Shown here piece after piece: positions 25,811-38,447 of a DNA stretch of 64,000 nt. Origin of the DNA: Octopus sinensis (Eukaryota); NCBI RefSeq assembly GCF_006345805.1, contig NC_043006.1, positions 45,694,001 to 45,758,000 on the forward strand, given 5' to 3'. The position numbers were made by a program, and so were the translations under genes. The first letter of the stretch is position 1. Each line of letters begins with the position of its first letter. The notes beneath the pieces were generated by a model that saw nothing but the letters and a program-made list of their open reading frames with translations, searched no databases and was not told where the DNA came from.

Positions 25811-26954
25811 ATAAAAGAATATACATATATATAAATAAATAAGACAATATGGGGTCTACTTCTAGCATATTTATTTAAATATATATATATATATATAATA
25901 TCAGTTTATTCTGTGAACTGCAGCAGCAATGATAGTAATACTGCAAAATTGATGATTGCTTTTCTAAGTTCAGATTTTCCTCTGGGCTTGCCTCCATGAT
26001 AGAAATGCAAAGCTGTTTAGCTGCCTCTGTAGATTGAACTGGAATATAAATGGAAATATAAAGGGATATGAATGAATGTGTGCCACTTATTGTATGAAAA
26101 ACAGTGTGGACAATCCCTGAGTTTTATTTGAAAACACAAGAACAGGAATTGGTATTATTATATCTCCACACAGAGAAATGTATACGTCTGTGTGTATCTG
26201 TACATATGCATACATATACACACACAAACATATATATACACACACACGCACACACATACATATATATATATGTATGTGTGTGCGTGTGTGTGTATATAGT
26301 GTTTGTCTTTATATTGATTTGTAATAAAAACAATTTAACAACAATAAACTGAAGGATTACTCAATACTTTTTGTGAAGTCCATATTTATTATATATTTAC
26401 GAGAAGAATAACGATGACAATGACTTCAAAGTTTAAGCCGGCTAAATAGTTAAAAGGAGGCTACCAGAGCAAAACTATATTGTAATAAATGTATATGTAT
26501 ATGTGTGTGTGTGTATACATACATACATACATAAAGACAAATTCACTTACACATACACATAAAACAAGCTATTAAGTAGAATTTTCTGGTGAGAGTAACA
26601 TGATTCCATGTCACAGATCTATAAAAATTCATGGTATTCCATACACCTGTGATATTATGAATCTTTACTGCATACTATATATGGTTGTAGTACTAGTTTT
26701 AGTTTATCTGAAACAGCTGTTAAGATTTTTACTACAAGCCTTTTGTTTATTTGTATGCCATGTAATTATATTAATTATATTTAATTGTTTATCTGCCTCT
26801 TTTATTTATATATACATACACACATATTTATATATTTACTTCGTGTGTCCCGATGTTTTAATATGTTCATCATATCTGTGCATGTTTTTAAGAGGTATGA
26901 CTATAAGGGTGGACAGCAGGAAGAGCACCAAGCTGTGAAATACTGCCTTAAATG

Positions 26955-27281
26955 CTGGGCTGTGGAGTCGAAACAATAAACTTTGACTCTAACTCTGACT
27001 CCTGTACCATTGGCACCTCTGACTCCGACTTTGACTCCTATAATATTGGCACCTCTGACTCCGACTCTGACTCCACTTTATGTAATTAAGTGATTGTGGT
27101 CTACATATCTCATAAAGCATATGCATACACTTGTACTTTGAGTAGGCCTGTATGTTATTACTGGTTTATATTAAAGAATAAAGACATTGTGAGTCGGAAT
27201 CAGAGTTGGTATAGTTTTACTGCCTCCAACTCTGATTCTAGCTACCCTTTAATTGTTTCCGACTCTGATTTCACAGACCTG
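26955..27281. mobile_element. hAT-like MITE with GACTCC/GGAGTC subterminal repeats and an 8-bp TSD
   Basis: TSD cttaaatg at 26947-26954 and 27282-27289. Termini ctgggctgtggagtcg / tttcacagacctg. An inverted copy lies at 42695-42973. Confidence 0.88.
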
Positions 27282-27769
27282 CTTAAATGGACTATACATG
27301 AATTACAGGTATAGTCCATCTACCTGATAGCCTTCCACTTCTCTATTCACTTTCTTTCATAAGACTTGGATTACACATGCACACACACATACACACAAAC
27401 GTATTTACACTCTCAGACATATACAACTCAAAATAAAGATTCTTATACTTATTGTTTTGTTCCAACTCTTCTAAAACAGAAATGTTTGTTCTTTTTTGTG
27501 TAATTGGAAATAAATTCTACCTAATCTCTGTGTAATCATCCTGTTCCTTTTTATTCATTTGGTGTTTTATGGAGCCATAGAAACCATGTCAAATAGACAA
27601 TGGAATCTGGTTTAGCTCACCAGATTGTCAGTTCCTGTCAAACTGTCCAACCCATGCCAGCATGGAAAACAGACATTCAGTGATGATGATGATGATCTAC
27701 AAATCTGCATTTAACAGTTTCGTTATTTATTCTCTCTCTCTCTCACGCACACGCACACACACACATACA

Positions 27770-28170
27770 CACTCTTTCTCTCCCTGCCTTCTTCTCCCTG
27801 CTGTGCTCTTTCACCACAACATTCTCTCACTCCTTCTTCCTGTTTCTGTTGTACCTGTATTTCAAAGGGCCGGCCTTGTCACACTCTGTGCCATGCTGAA
27901 TCTCCCCGAGAACTTCGAACTTCGTTAAGGGTACACGTGTCTGTGGAGTGCTCAGCCACTTGCACGTTAATAAATGAGTTGTGGCGTCACTGGTGCCAAG
28001 TTGTATCCACCTTTGCCTTTCCCTTGGGTAACATCAGTGCATGGAGAGGGGAGACTGGTATGCGTGGGCAACTGCTGGTCTTCCATAAACAACCTTGCCC
28101 AAACTTGTGCCTCGGAGGGTAACGGGTAACTTTCTAGGTGCAATCCCATGGTCATTCATGGCTGAAGGGG
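27770..28170 (+). mobile_element. Chimera of a SINE C body (~27770-27971) and a SINE D 3' half (~27972-28170)
   Basis: Junction cacgttaat|aaatgagttg. Confidence 0.7.
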
Positions 28171-28194
28171 ATACTATATATATATATAAAAAGG

Positions 28195-28533
28195 GTAAAG
28201 ACCCCCTTCGGTCATGAATGACCATGGGATTGCACCTAGAAAGTTACCCTCCTAGACACAAGTCCAGGCAAGGTTGTTTATGGAAGACCAGCAGTCACCC
28301 ATGCATACCAGCCTCCCCTCTCCACACCACCAGTGTTATCCAAGGGAAAGACAAAGGTGGATACAGCTTGTCACCAGTGACGTCGCAACTCATTTCTACA
28401 GCTGAGTGAACTGGAGCAACGTGAAATAAAGTGCCTTGCTCAAGAACACAACACGCAGCCCGGTCCGGGATTCGAGCTCACAACCTCACGATCGTAAGCT
28501 CGACGCTCTAACCACTGAGCCATGCGCCTTCAC
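28195..28533 (-). mobile_element. Young, full-length SINE D (tRNA-Arg-like head, CORE-like domain)
   Basis: The reverse complement reads gtgaaggcgcatggctcagtggttagagcgtcgagcttACGatcgtgaggttgtgagctcgaatccc (A box, ACG anticodon-like triplet, B box). The segment ttgtgttcttgagcaaggcac...cagctgtagaaatgag resembles the CORE-SINE domain. CpGs are intact. Confidence 0.9.
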
Positions 28534-29251
<718 letters not shown>

Positions 29252-29254
29252 ATC

Positions 29255-29345
29255 AGCAAGATTTAGATTTGGCTGATTTACTCTCCAACCTTCATCAGGT
29301 GTCCTGGTGGAATTTCGAACCCAACCCTGGGTTCTCATTTCTAAG
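29255..29345 (-). mobile_element. Penelope-like pseudo-LTR fragment with a hammerhead-like relic
   Basis: Minus strand gacacCTGATGAaggttggagagtaaatcagccAAAT: core 5' half plus a stem II, with the GAAA degenerate. Confidence 0.55.
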
Positions 29346-29526
29346 GTGTTTTGCTGATATTATTATTATTATTATCTCGGAATCTTGGGATTAGTAGCCC
29401 ACGCTCTTAACCATTACGCTGTGTGTTTGTGTGTGTACAATTACACACACACATATGTATATGTGCATATTTGTGTATGCCTGTAAATGTATCCAATTTT
29501 TACAGAGATATATGCACATATACATC

Positions 29527-29588
<62 letters not shown>

Positions 29589-29644
29589 TCTATATACACA
29601 TTCACACACACACACACATATATATATAAATTTATTTATTACTG

Positions 29645-29834
29645 TGTGGAGGCACATGGCTTAGTGGTTAGGGTGTTGAACTCATGATTGTAAGATTGTG
29701 ATTTCAATTCTTGGACTGATGATGCATTGTATCCTTGAGCAAAACACTTCATTTTCACGTTGCTCCAGTCCACTCAGCTGGCAAAAATGAGTAATCCTGC
29801 GATGGACCAGCATCCCATTCAGGTGGGGAATATA
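29645..29834 (+). mobile_element. C/D-class SINE interrupted at a TA by a pogo/Tigger element
   Basis: Sister copies continue ggggaatatatatgcc. Here ggggaatata is followed directly by cagtcaactctcg. Confidence 0.8.
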
Positions 29835-30710
29835 CAGTCAACTCTCGCTACTATGTCACCCTGCGGGACTGAGCCAAAGTGGCATAGTATCGAGAGTGGC
29901 ATAGTACCGAGGGTCTGTTATCTAAACACTACATAACCAAAAATTTACTGAACATACAAATAAAAATTCATAGGGTAGGAAGTAAGGCCAATAAGAAGTT
30001 CAATGCAGTGGTAAGAAGAAGACATCCAAGTTTATTAAGTTCAGATTGCTTTTAGTTAATCCCGAAGCTCTCAAAAATTATCGGCTGACTCATCTTCTTT
30101 TGGCAGATTTCGTTCATTTCGTTGTCTAGCCTATCACACGCCTGCATGACGCTGGGTTTTCCGCTGCTCTGCTGCTGCATAAACTTTCGGATAGTGCTCC
30201 ATGCTCTCTGGGCATCTGCAAACGAAAAGTATTCCTCTTCCACAATTACCTCGTCATCTTCACTTTCCACCGGCTCTTCGTTATGCATTACCTCCTTTGC
30301 TATTTCTTCTAGAGTGAAAGATCCTCCAGTTACGAGGCGATCGTCAGCACTAAGAAAATCAAACAGCTCAATTGTTTCATTCTCATGTGTCCTTTCCTCA
30401 GGAGGTAAAGCTTTCCAGATCTCGAGCAGCTCAGCATCCTCTGGCTCTATTTGTATTTCCTCTTCAATAAACTTGGCTTTCGCGAAACAGTTCTTAATTG
30501 TCAATTCACTGACCTGCTCCCATGCACGCCGAGCGACGTGCAGAGAGTCGAGCAATGTAAATTTAAACTCGTTTCCTTCATCCATGGCTTCGAGACGGCG
30601 GGACAGCAAGAGCTTTTTGTAATGGTGCTTAAGATTTTGTATGATTCCTTGATCCATTGGTTGGGAATTTGCTGTCGTTTTGGGCGGAAAGAAGAGCATA
30701 TTACTGTACT
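29835..30710 (-). mobile_element. pogo/Tigger (CENP-B-like DDE_1) transposon 3' half with one TIR
   Basis: ORF 30052-30768 reads LFFPPKTTANSQPMDQGIIQNLKHHYKK...AWEQVSELTIKNCFAKAKF, the pogo/Tigger catalytic C-terminus, followed by an acidic tail. Terminus TA|cagtcaactctcg. Confidence 0.9.
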
Positions 30711-30801
30711 TGATGGTATAAAAGACACATGGGCATATTAGGTACACCCTGACTTCTGGAGCATGCATTCAGGCATAAAAGATTTTTAGTGAATTCATTA
30801 A

Positions 30802-31013
30802 CCTTTTCATTACCAACCCGGCTGAAACCAGCTGTGGCGTTGAGTACAAATGTCTTGTTTTCATAAGTTTTGAATTAAAATCCCCCACTTAGTCACAATT
30901 TATGTTCCTAACATTAGCTGAATGATAACTAAGTTATTTTACTAAATTCTTTGTTATATTTAAAGTAATTGAAAGAAACACAGAACATCTCAAAATAAAT
31001 ACAGTAACAAAAG
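30802..31013. mobile_element. TTAA MITE family 1, copy 3 (right end degenerate)
   Basis: Homologous to 15340-15555. Confidence 0.8.
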
Positions 31014-31192
31014 TATTGGATATAGGCTCAACTTTTGGATATAGGATCACGGCTAATATTTTGAGACATTTTTTTTGGAAAACATTCATTTTCTCTGCCT
31101 TCAAATGCAGTTAGTCATTTTAAAGAAAATAACACATTTATTTTCATATTTATTTCAAGTATGTTACTAAAACAAAAGCATTTTGTTTTCAT

Positions 31193-31590
31193 AGGCGCAC
31201 TAGTGATTGTGTGGTAAGTAGTTTGCTTACCAACCACATGGCTGTGGGTTCAGTCTCACTGCGTGGCACCTTGGGCAAGTGTCTTCTACTATAGCCTTGG
31301 GCCGACCAAAGCCTTGTGAGTATATTTTGGTAGACGGAAACTGAAAGAAGCCCATCATATATATGTATATGTGTGTGTGTGTATGTTTATGTGTCTGTGT
31401 TTGTCCCCCCAACATCACTTGACAACTGATGGTGATGTGTTTACGTCCCTGTAACTTAGTGGTTCGGCAAAAGAGACTGATAGAATAGATACTCGGCTTA
31501 CAAAGAATAAGTCCTGGGGTCGATTTGCTCGACTAAAGGCAATGCTCCAACATGGTCGCAGTCAAATGACTGAAGCAAGTAAAAGAGTAT
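31193..31590 (+). mobile_element. SINE A
   Basis: Family A match. Confidence 0.88.
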
Positions 31591-33457
31591 TCTCATTCTT
31601 ATAAATGTTCATTCACATTCATGTGTCTTCATAGACGTTTTTTTTTGTTTTTGTTTTGTTTCCATTCTCCATTTCTTATTTTACCTACTTAGCTAGCCAA
31701 CCAGCCAACCAACCAACCCACAGACCCAACTAACATATCTCCCTTACCTATGTATTCTACCTACCTACCTACCTTTCTTACCTGTCTATATTTTACCTGT
31801 GATTTAAAGAATAAATAATAAAATGAAGTGAACTAAAGTGAAATATACCCTTTTTTGTTTCTCTTTGTCTGTGAGAAGAAAAAAAGAAAGAGAGAGAGAG
31901 AGAAAGGAAGAAAGAGAGAAATGGTGGTGGTGGTTAAGGAGTGGTGGGAGAACATAAAAGTGAGAGAGAAAGAAACTCCATACCAATGCTAGCCAGCAAC
32001 AGATAATGTGACCCAAATACAATGTTGAGAATCACAAGGCAGTGACAGAAAACACACAAACATGTAAACTCATATATATATATATATATACATAAAATCA
32101 TCCATCTATCTATCTATATATATATATATATGTACACCTTTATATGTGTGTATACATCCATACACTGTAGTATCAAAAAATGGAAAGTTACATGCAAATT
32201 TCATTGCCTTCAAACAGCACCCCTTAGCTTCCACCCCATCTGCTACCCTCTTTCTGTCTATATTTCTATATTCTTTATTATTATTATTATTATTGTCATT
32301 TTATCTTTTTTTTTTTTTTTTGCTGTTGTTGTTGTTGTTCTTTATCAAGATTCATCCAGGTGAAACTTGTTGCTACCTTGTTTTCAATAGAGAATTTCTC
32401 TCTCTCTCTCTCCTCCTCCCCCACCAAAAAAAAGAAGGAAAGAAAGAAAAAAGTGGGGGTGGGTGGGGTGGGAATATATTTTTAAAAAATAGAAGAAAAA
32501 GAAAGTTAAACATAAAGAATAGGGAAATAAATAAATAAATAAAAAGAAAGAAGGAAAGAAAGATAGAAAAAAAAAACCTCATTCAGCCTGCTGCCAGTCA
32601 AACAATAAAGTCTGTTTAACTGATTCTTTCCTCTATTTCTCTTGTTATTCCACCTTTTTTTTAAAGTTCGTTTTTATTTTATTTTTTTTAGTTTCTTTCT
32701 GTATTAATACACACACACACACACACACAAGCAACAAATACAAGAATATTATATATATATATATATATTTTACTCAAGCTGCTTAATTGTGGGACAGTCC
32801 GTTTTTAATAAGGCAATATATATTTTCAGAATGAAGATACATTTGTTGTTGTTGTTGTTGTTGTTGTTGTAAAGAAAAACAAGCACACACACACACATAT
32901 GCTATATCTTGTTCTTTCTTACATTTGTTCCTTCTCCACCCTCCCGAACCCCCTTGCTCTACTCCTTTCACATGTCCCCAACCCCCAACCCCATCCCCCA
33001 CTTTCATGCTGTTGCAAATTTCTGTTCAAAAAACTTATTTGTTTTATTTATACATGACTTGAATTTCAGGTTGATTTCCGAAATATGTTCACAAAAAGCA
33101 ATATTTTTTTTTTTTTATATTTACTATGAAAATTCTTTCATTCTCTGTCTTTTTTTGTTTTCCTTTTTTTTTTAACTTGTAAGCATTAGCATTAGTTTTT
33201 TGTCTTTTTCTCTTTTTTTGTGTGTTTTTCAAGATTTCAGTTTTCGTTTTTGTTAATTTAATTCTTATACTCTCAGAGAATCTAGAAATGAAACTAAATG
33301 TGCCATTTTTAAAAAAAAAGATTTACTCCATTTGATGGCATATAAAGACACTTTTTGTCTCAGAAAATTGGAAAGAATGAAAGAATTTTCATAGGTTAAT
33401 TATGTAAATAAATTAAAAAAAATTTTTTTGTGAAAATATTTCGGAAATATGTTCACA

Positions 33458-33953
33458 AAGTAGCTTGCTTACGAACCACATGGTTCTGGGCTCAGTCCCA
33501 CTGCATGGCACCTTGGGCAAGTGTCTTCTACTATAGCCTCGGGCCAACCAAAGCCTTGTGAGTGGATTTGGTAGATGGAAACTGAAAAAAGCCCATCGTA
33601 TATATGTATATATATAGATATATAGATATAGATATATAAGAATTTCTTGCGTAATGAGATAAAAAAAAACCAAGGCTGTGTAGATGGAACATTTATAGGT
33701 AGACGGTCTAGACCTTCTATCTATAAATGTTCTAATATCTATACAGCCTTGGTTTTTTTATCTCATTACACGAAAAATTCTTATATACACACACTGACAT
33801 ACGACCAACATTGAACCCCATATTCGCAAAATAACTAAACCTGGAACTTAACTATGGTCTGTCTATAGCACTTATTCAGCATTACCTGACACCTTTGGGT
33901 CTCAATGACACCATTACCTCTTATATATATATATATATAACACCATTACCTCT

Positions 33954-33986
<33 letters not shown>

Positions 33987-34200
33987 ATCTGTGTGTATAC
34001 GTTTGTGTGTTTGTGTTTGTCCTCCCAACATAGCTTGATAACCGATGCTTGTGTGTTACGTCCCCGTAACATAGCGGTTCAGCAAGAGAGACCGATAGAA
34101 TAAGTACTAGACTTACAAAGAACAAGTCCTGGAGTCGATTTGCTCGACGAAAGGCGGTGCTCCAGCATGGCCACAGTGAAATGACTGAAGCAAGTGAAAG
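33458..34200 (+). mobile_element. SINE A with a ~330-bp foreign insert in its microsatellite linker
   Basis: Head at ~33458-33600; the body resumes at ~33965. Confidence 0.85.
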
Positions 34201-34937
34201 AATAAATCATCCTGAAATTTGGTTCCTATCTACAAAGTTGGGCCTGCTTGTATTATATATTATGCCAGGCCTGTCTGAATGGCTCCCATGCCGGTGGAAC
34301 ATAAAAAGCACCGTCCGAACGTGGCCAATGCCAGTACCAGTTGGTCAAACTGTCCAACCCATGCCAGCATGGAAAGCAGACGTTGAATTATGATGAATGC
34401 ACTCAAAACCTTTTCCTGAAATTGGGCTGTGTTTGATGTGCCTTTAATTATGGTATATTTCTCTTTGCTATTGTTGTTGTTGTTGTTGTTACCATCAAGC
34501 TCACATCCCTCGCCCCACACACAGATCCATTAGTCCGAATCTGGAATACCTCTAATCAAAGGTGTGTTCCAGCTGTGAGCATCTCACCTTTTGTTTCTTT
34601 CAAACACATGTGAATCTAGGACTACATCATTTGGCATGTTCTTGAGTAAGGTTTTCCAATAAGAGGTGTCTTTCAAAATTTGTAAGGACCAATTCCATCT
34701 TGATATGCCAATAGGATGTGGTGGCTGGTGGTCCCAACCATTATTTCTTCTTTCTTTCATGTAGCATTGAGAGAATGGTAGTGAAAGAATTAGGGCCATC
34801 CTTTGTTGTTTTCTTCATATAGCTGATCTTGGCATAAGGAAGGCATCTAGCCATACAATCAAAACCATGCCAAAGCAAGTATTCGCTGGAATGCAAATGC
34901 AGTCCTTGGGCCCTTCAGATCCTGTCAAACCATTTAA

Positions 34938-35160
34938 CCCTTTCGTTACCAACCCAGCTGAAACCGACTCTGGCTCTGAGTACGGATGTCTTGTTTTCCT
35001 TAAGTTTTCAATTAAAATCTTACACCAAACCTTAGTCCACAATTTATGTTCCTAACACCAGCTTAATGATAACTAAGTTATTTTACTAAATTCTTTGTTA
35101 TATTTAAAATTAATTGAAAGAAACACAGGGCATCTCAAAATAAATGTGGTAACAAAAGAG
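34938..35160. mobile_element. TTAA MITE family 1, copy 4, inserted in an RTE-tail retroposon
   Basis: TTAA|ccctttcgttacc ... gtaacaaaagag|TTAA. The flanks rejoin as ctgtcaaaccatttaatccatacc...gatgatg. Confidence 0.85.
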
Positions 35161-35857
35161 TTAATCCATACCAACATGAAATAGGGATGATGATGATTAC
35201 AGCCCTTTCATGTGAAGGATTTGAACTTTGGATGAAGAATGGTGTAGAATTCTCTCTCCCTCCCCACCCCACCCCAAAAAAGAAGAAAAAAACAGACAAA
35301 TACTGCCAAGCATTCTATAAAATGCTATAGAACAACACTGCTGATTAGCCTCCTTATGACAATGATGATGATGAAGATGATGACAACAATCTATTCTGTG
35401 CCAACTGTACAGATTTATAACTAACTCAGTGTCACTAGAACCTTCTCTATTCAATTCAATTTTGTTGAGTCATTTCTTCTACTATAGTTATGGTTTGGGT
35501 GTCTTACAAAAGCAAAAATTTAAATCTATAAAAAAAACAATGAAAATAAAACTGGAGAAGATCTACAAAAATAGCTCAAACAGGTATTTTACAGCCAAGT
35601 TGCCTTATTTATATGACAAACCACTCAACTGTAACATTGTTGTATAAGAATATATATGACATAGTGTCAAGAAGGAGTGTGTTGAGGTTCATGCATGCAT
35701 ATACACACATACTGTGCATGACATCTTGGGCCTGTGTCATTTTTTTATAGCCTTGGATTATGGTTACCTCTTCTGAATGAAATTAAAGAGAAAGAGAGAG
35801 AGGGTAGGCAGTTCTTAGAAAGACAGAAGAAGGTTTTCTTATAAGATAGATTAAGGT

Positions 35858-36065
35858 TTAGCTGGCAGAAACGTTAGCACGCCGGACGAAATGCTTAACA
35901 GTATTTCATCCGTCTTTATGTTCTGAGTTCAAATTCCGCCGAGGTCCACTTTGCCTTTCATCCTTTCGGGGTCGATAAATTAAGTACCAGTTGCGTACTG
36001 GGGTCGATCTAATCGACTTCCCCCATCCCCTCACCCAAAATTTCGGGCCTTGTGCCTAGAGTAAA
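35858..36065 (+). mobile_element. SINE B
   Basis: Family B match. Confidence 0.88.
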
Positions 36066-37157
36066 AAAAAAACAAAAAAGCAAGAGGTGATCTACAATGT
36101 GGAATACTCAAGGAATTTTTAAGGACCAATTCTTGGTACTACCTTGATACTGTTTTTTTCTCCCTTTTTAAATTAACCGGTTGAATGACTGTGTAAAATA
36201 TTCTATTGCTAATTCTTAACATGGACAGTCGCACCCCCTTGGGGTCCATTGTAAGCTCACAAGGCGGCAGGGCAACAAGTATCAAGAGGGTGTTGTGGGA
36301 AGCACTGTATATTTAGAATGTTTTCTTTGAAAGAAATAAAATATTTGAACTGGATACCATTTTCGACTGAGTCTTTGTTGTGACCAGAATATCAGTAGAA
36401 CATTTGAGTTATCAGTGATCGGTGTTAGGAAGGGCATCCAGACTTAGAAACTGTCCAGCCTGTGCCAGCATGGACAACGGACATTAAATAATAATGATGA
36501 TGATGATGATGATGAGAGCAAAATAAATATCTTTGTCTTTGGAACGAAATCAAATTACTGTTGTTAGCAATTGCGTCTGATTAAGAAATGGCTCAATGTA
36601 ATTGTGCAACTGTTAAATAAACAAGGAAGTCAATTGCAAATATGTTTTTGGAGAAAACTTGAGGCTCTGTTTGTCAAATATTGTGATCAAGAAGCTCAGT
36701 TTCACTGCATGACAGCTTAAGCAAGTATCTTCTGCCATAGCCCCGGATTGACCAATGTCTTGTAAGTCTGGTAGACAGAATCTTTGTAGAAGCCCATCGT
36801 GTGTGTGTATGCCTGTGTAAGTGTATATGTATGTGTGTTTGTTCACCATCACTTGGTAACCAGTGTTGATTTACATATGTCATCCATAACTTAGCTGTTC
36901 GGCAAAAGTGACTGATACAATGAGTAACAGACTTACAATGAGAAAAAATAAAAACAAGTGCTGGAGATGATCTGTTTGAGTAAAAAGCAAATAAGGCAGT
37001 GCTCCAGCATGGTCACAGTCCAACAACAGAAACAAGTAAAAGATAATACTTAATTTAGAACTACATTATCCAAAGTGTTATTTTTTGAAAGTCTGTAGCA
37101 GATGATTTAAGGGGAAACTTATCTGCTATTTCTAGCAGGCCTTAAGTTTGCTTAGAG

Positions 37158-37492
37158 CAGGCCTGGTTAACTCAAATTACATTGCGGGCCACTTTAATCA
37201 CTGAAAGTTTTTTGAGGGTTGCTTGTATGCTTTATGCACTAATAGTCAAATAATCAAATTACAGAATCAAGAATTTTCCATACTTTTCGTTTGTTTAAAA
37301 TTGTAGGCTAATGCTTTAATTGCCACTTATATATTTAAAATTTATTTTTAAAACAAATGTTTTACCCAGACAATTTTATTTTGAAATTAAACACAATAAA
37401 GAGGTTACCCATTTCAAGAAAATATCAAGTGGGCTGCAAGATAAAAGTTTGCGGGTCACATGTGGCCCATGGGCCTCAGGTTACCAGCCCTG
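37158..37492. mobile_element. hAT-Charlie-like MITE
   Basis: Termini caggcctggttaac / gttaccagccctg. 8-bp TSD gcttagag / gcgtagag (7 of 8 match). Confidence 0.8.
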
Positions 37493-38447
37493 GCGTAGAG
37501 TCTCCTGCACTGTTGCTAACCATAAAATGAATGCGGAAAAATATTAGTTCTGGGTTGTGAGATAATTCATGAACATCACCATGTCTGCCATTTCTTTCTT
37601 GGCATTCACAATCTCAGAAAGAAATATATTTTGTTACTATTTTTTTAAAAAAGTTTTCCTGTATTTTTTTTTATTGTTGTTGTCAAAGGAAGATTATTTA
37701 GTTACCAAGTTATACAAGAGTGGTTGGTCATAACATTATGCTGTTGCTGTTCCTAAATATTTTTATTTTCTTTAATGTCCTTTGACCCCTATCTGCTAAA
37801 ATTTGATAACTTATCATTCAGAGTGTGAATCACTTAATTTTCTTTAAAATCTTCTCACATAGGTGTAGACATGGCTGTGTGGTAAGAAGTTTGCTTCCAA
37901 ACCACATGCTTCTGGGTTCAGTCCAACTGTGGGGGCATTCTGGGCAAGTGTCTACTTCTAAAGCCCTGGCTTGCGAGTGGATTTGGTAGATGGAAACTGA
38001 AAGAAGCCTGTCATGTGTGTATCTGTGTTTGTTTCCCACCACCGCTTGACAACCAGTATTGGTTTGTTTATGTCCCCGTGACTTTGTGGTTCGGCAAAAG
38101 GACTGATAGAATAAGTACCAGGCTTAAAAGAAAAAAAAAAATGTATTGGGGTCATTCGACTAAAAATTCCGTAAGGCTGTGCCCCAGCATGGTCGCTGTC
38201 TGAAACAAGATAAAAGATAATGGCAGTTTCGTTGTTTTCTGGAGAGGGTTTGTGTCTTATGTAGGTTGTGAGTTGGTTTTCAATCAAAATCCATTTTTGG
38301 TTTTATTTGTTCTGAAATGTGCAGTTGAAATGCTTGGCTCCATATTAAAATAGCAGGAAATTATATGAGGATGTGCTGAAATATGCAAAAGATAAATAAT
38401 CCTAAGTTATTCTTCAAATCTGCTTCAGTTAATATACAAACTAAATA

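Noticed and set aside
28460-28533. tRNA-Arg(ACG)-like sequence
   Set aside because: It is the head of SINE D and continues into the SINE body. No proper acceptor stem; the B box is variant.
30122-30741. Plus-strand ORFs of 166 aa and 96 aa
   Set aside because: Antisense shadows of the pogo/Tigger transposase frame.
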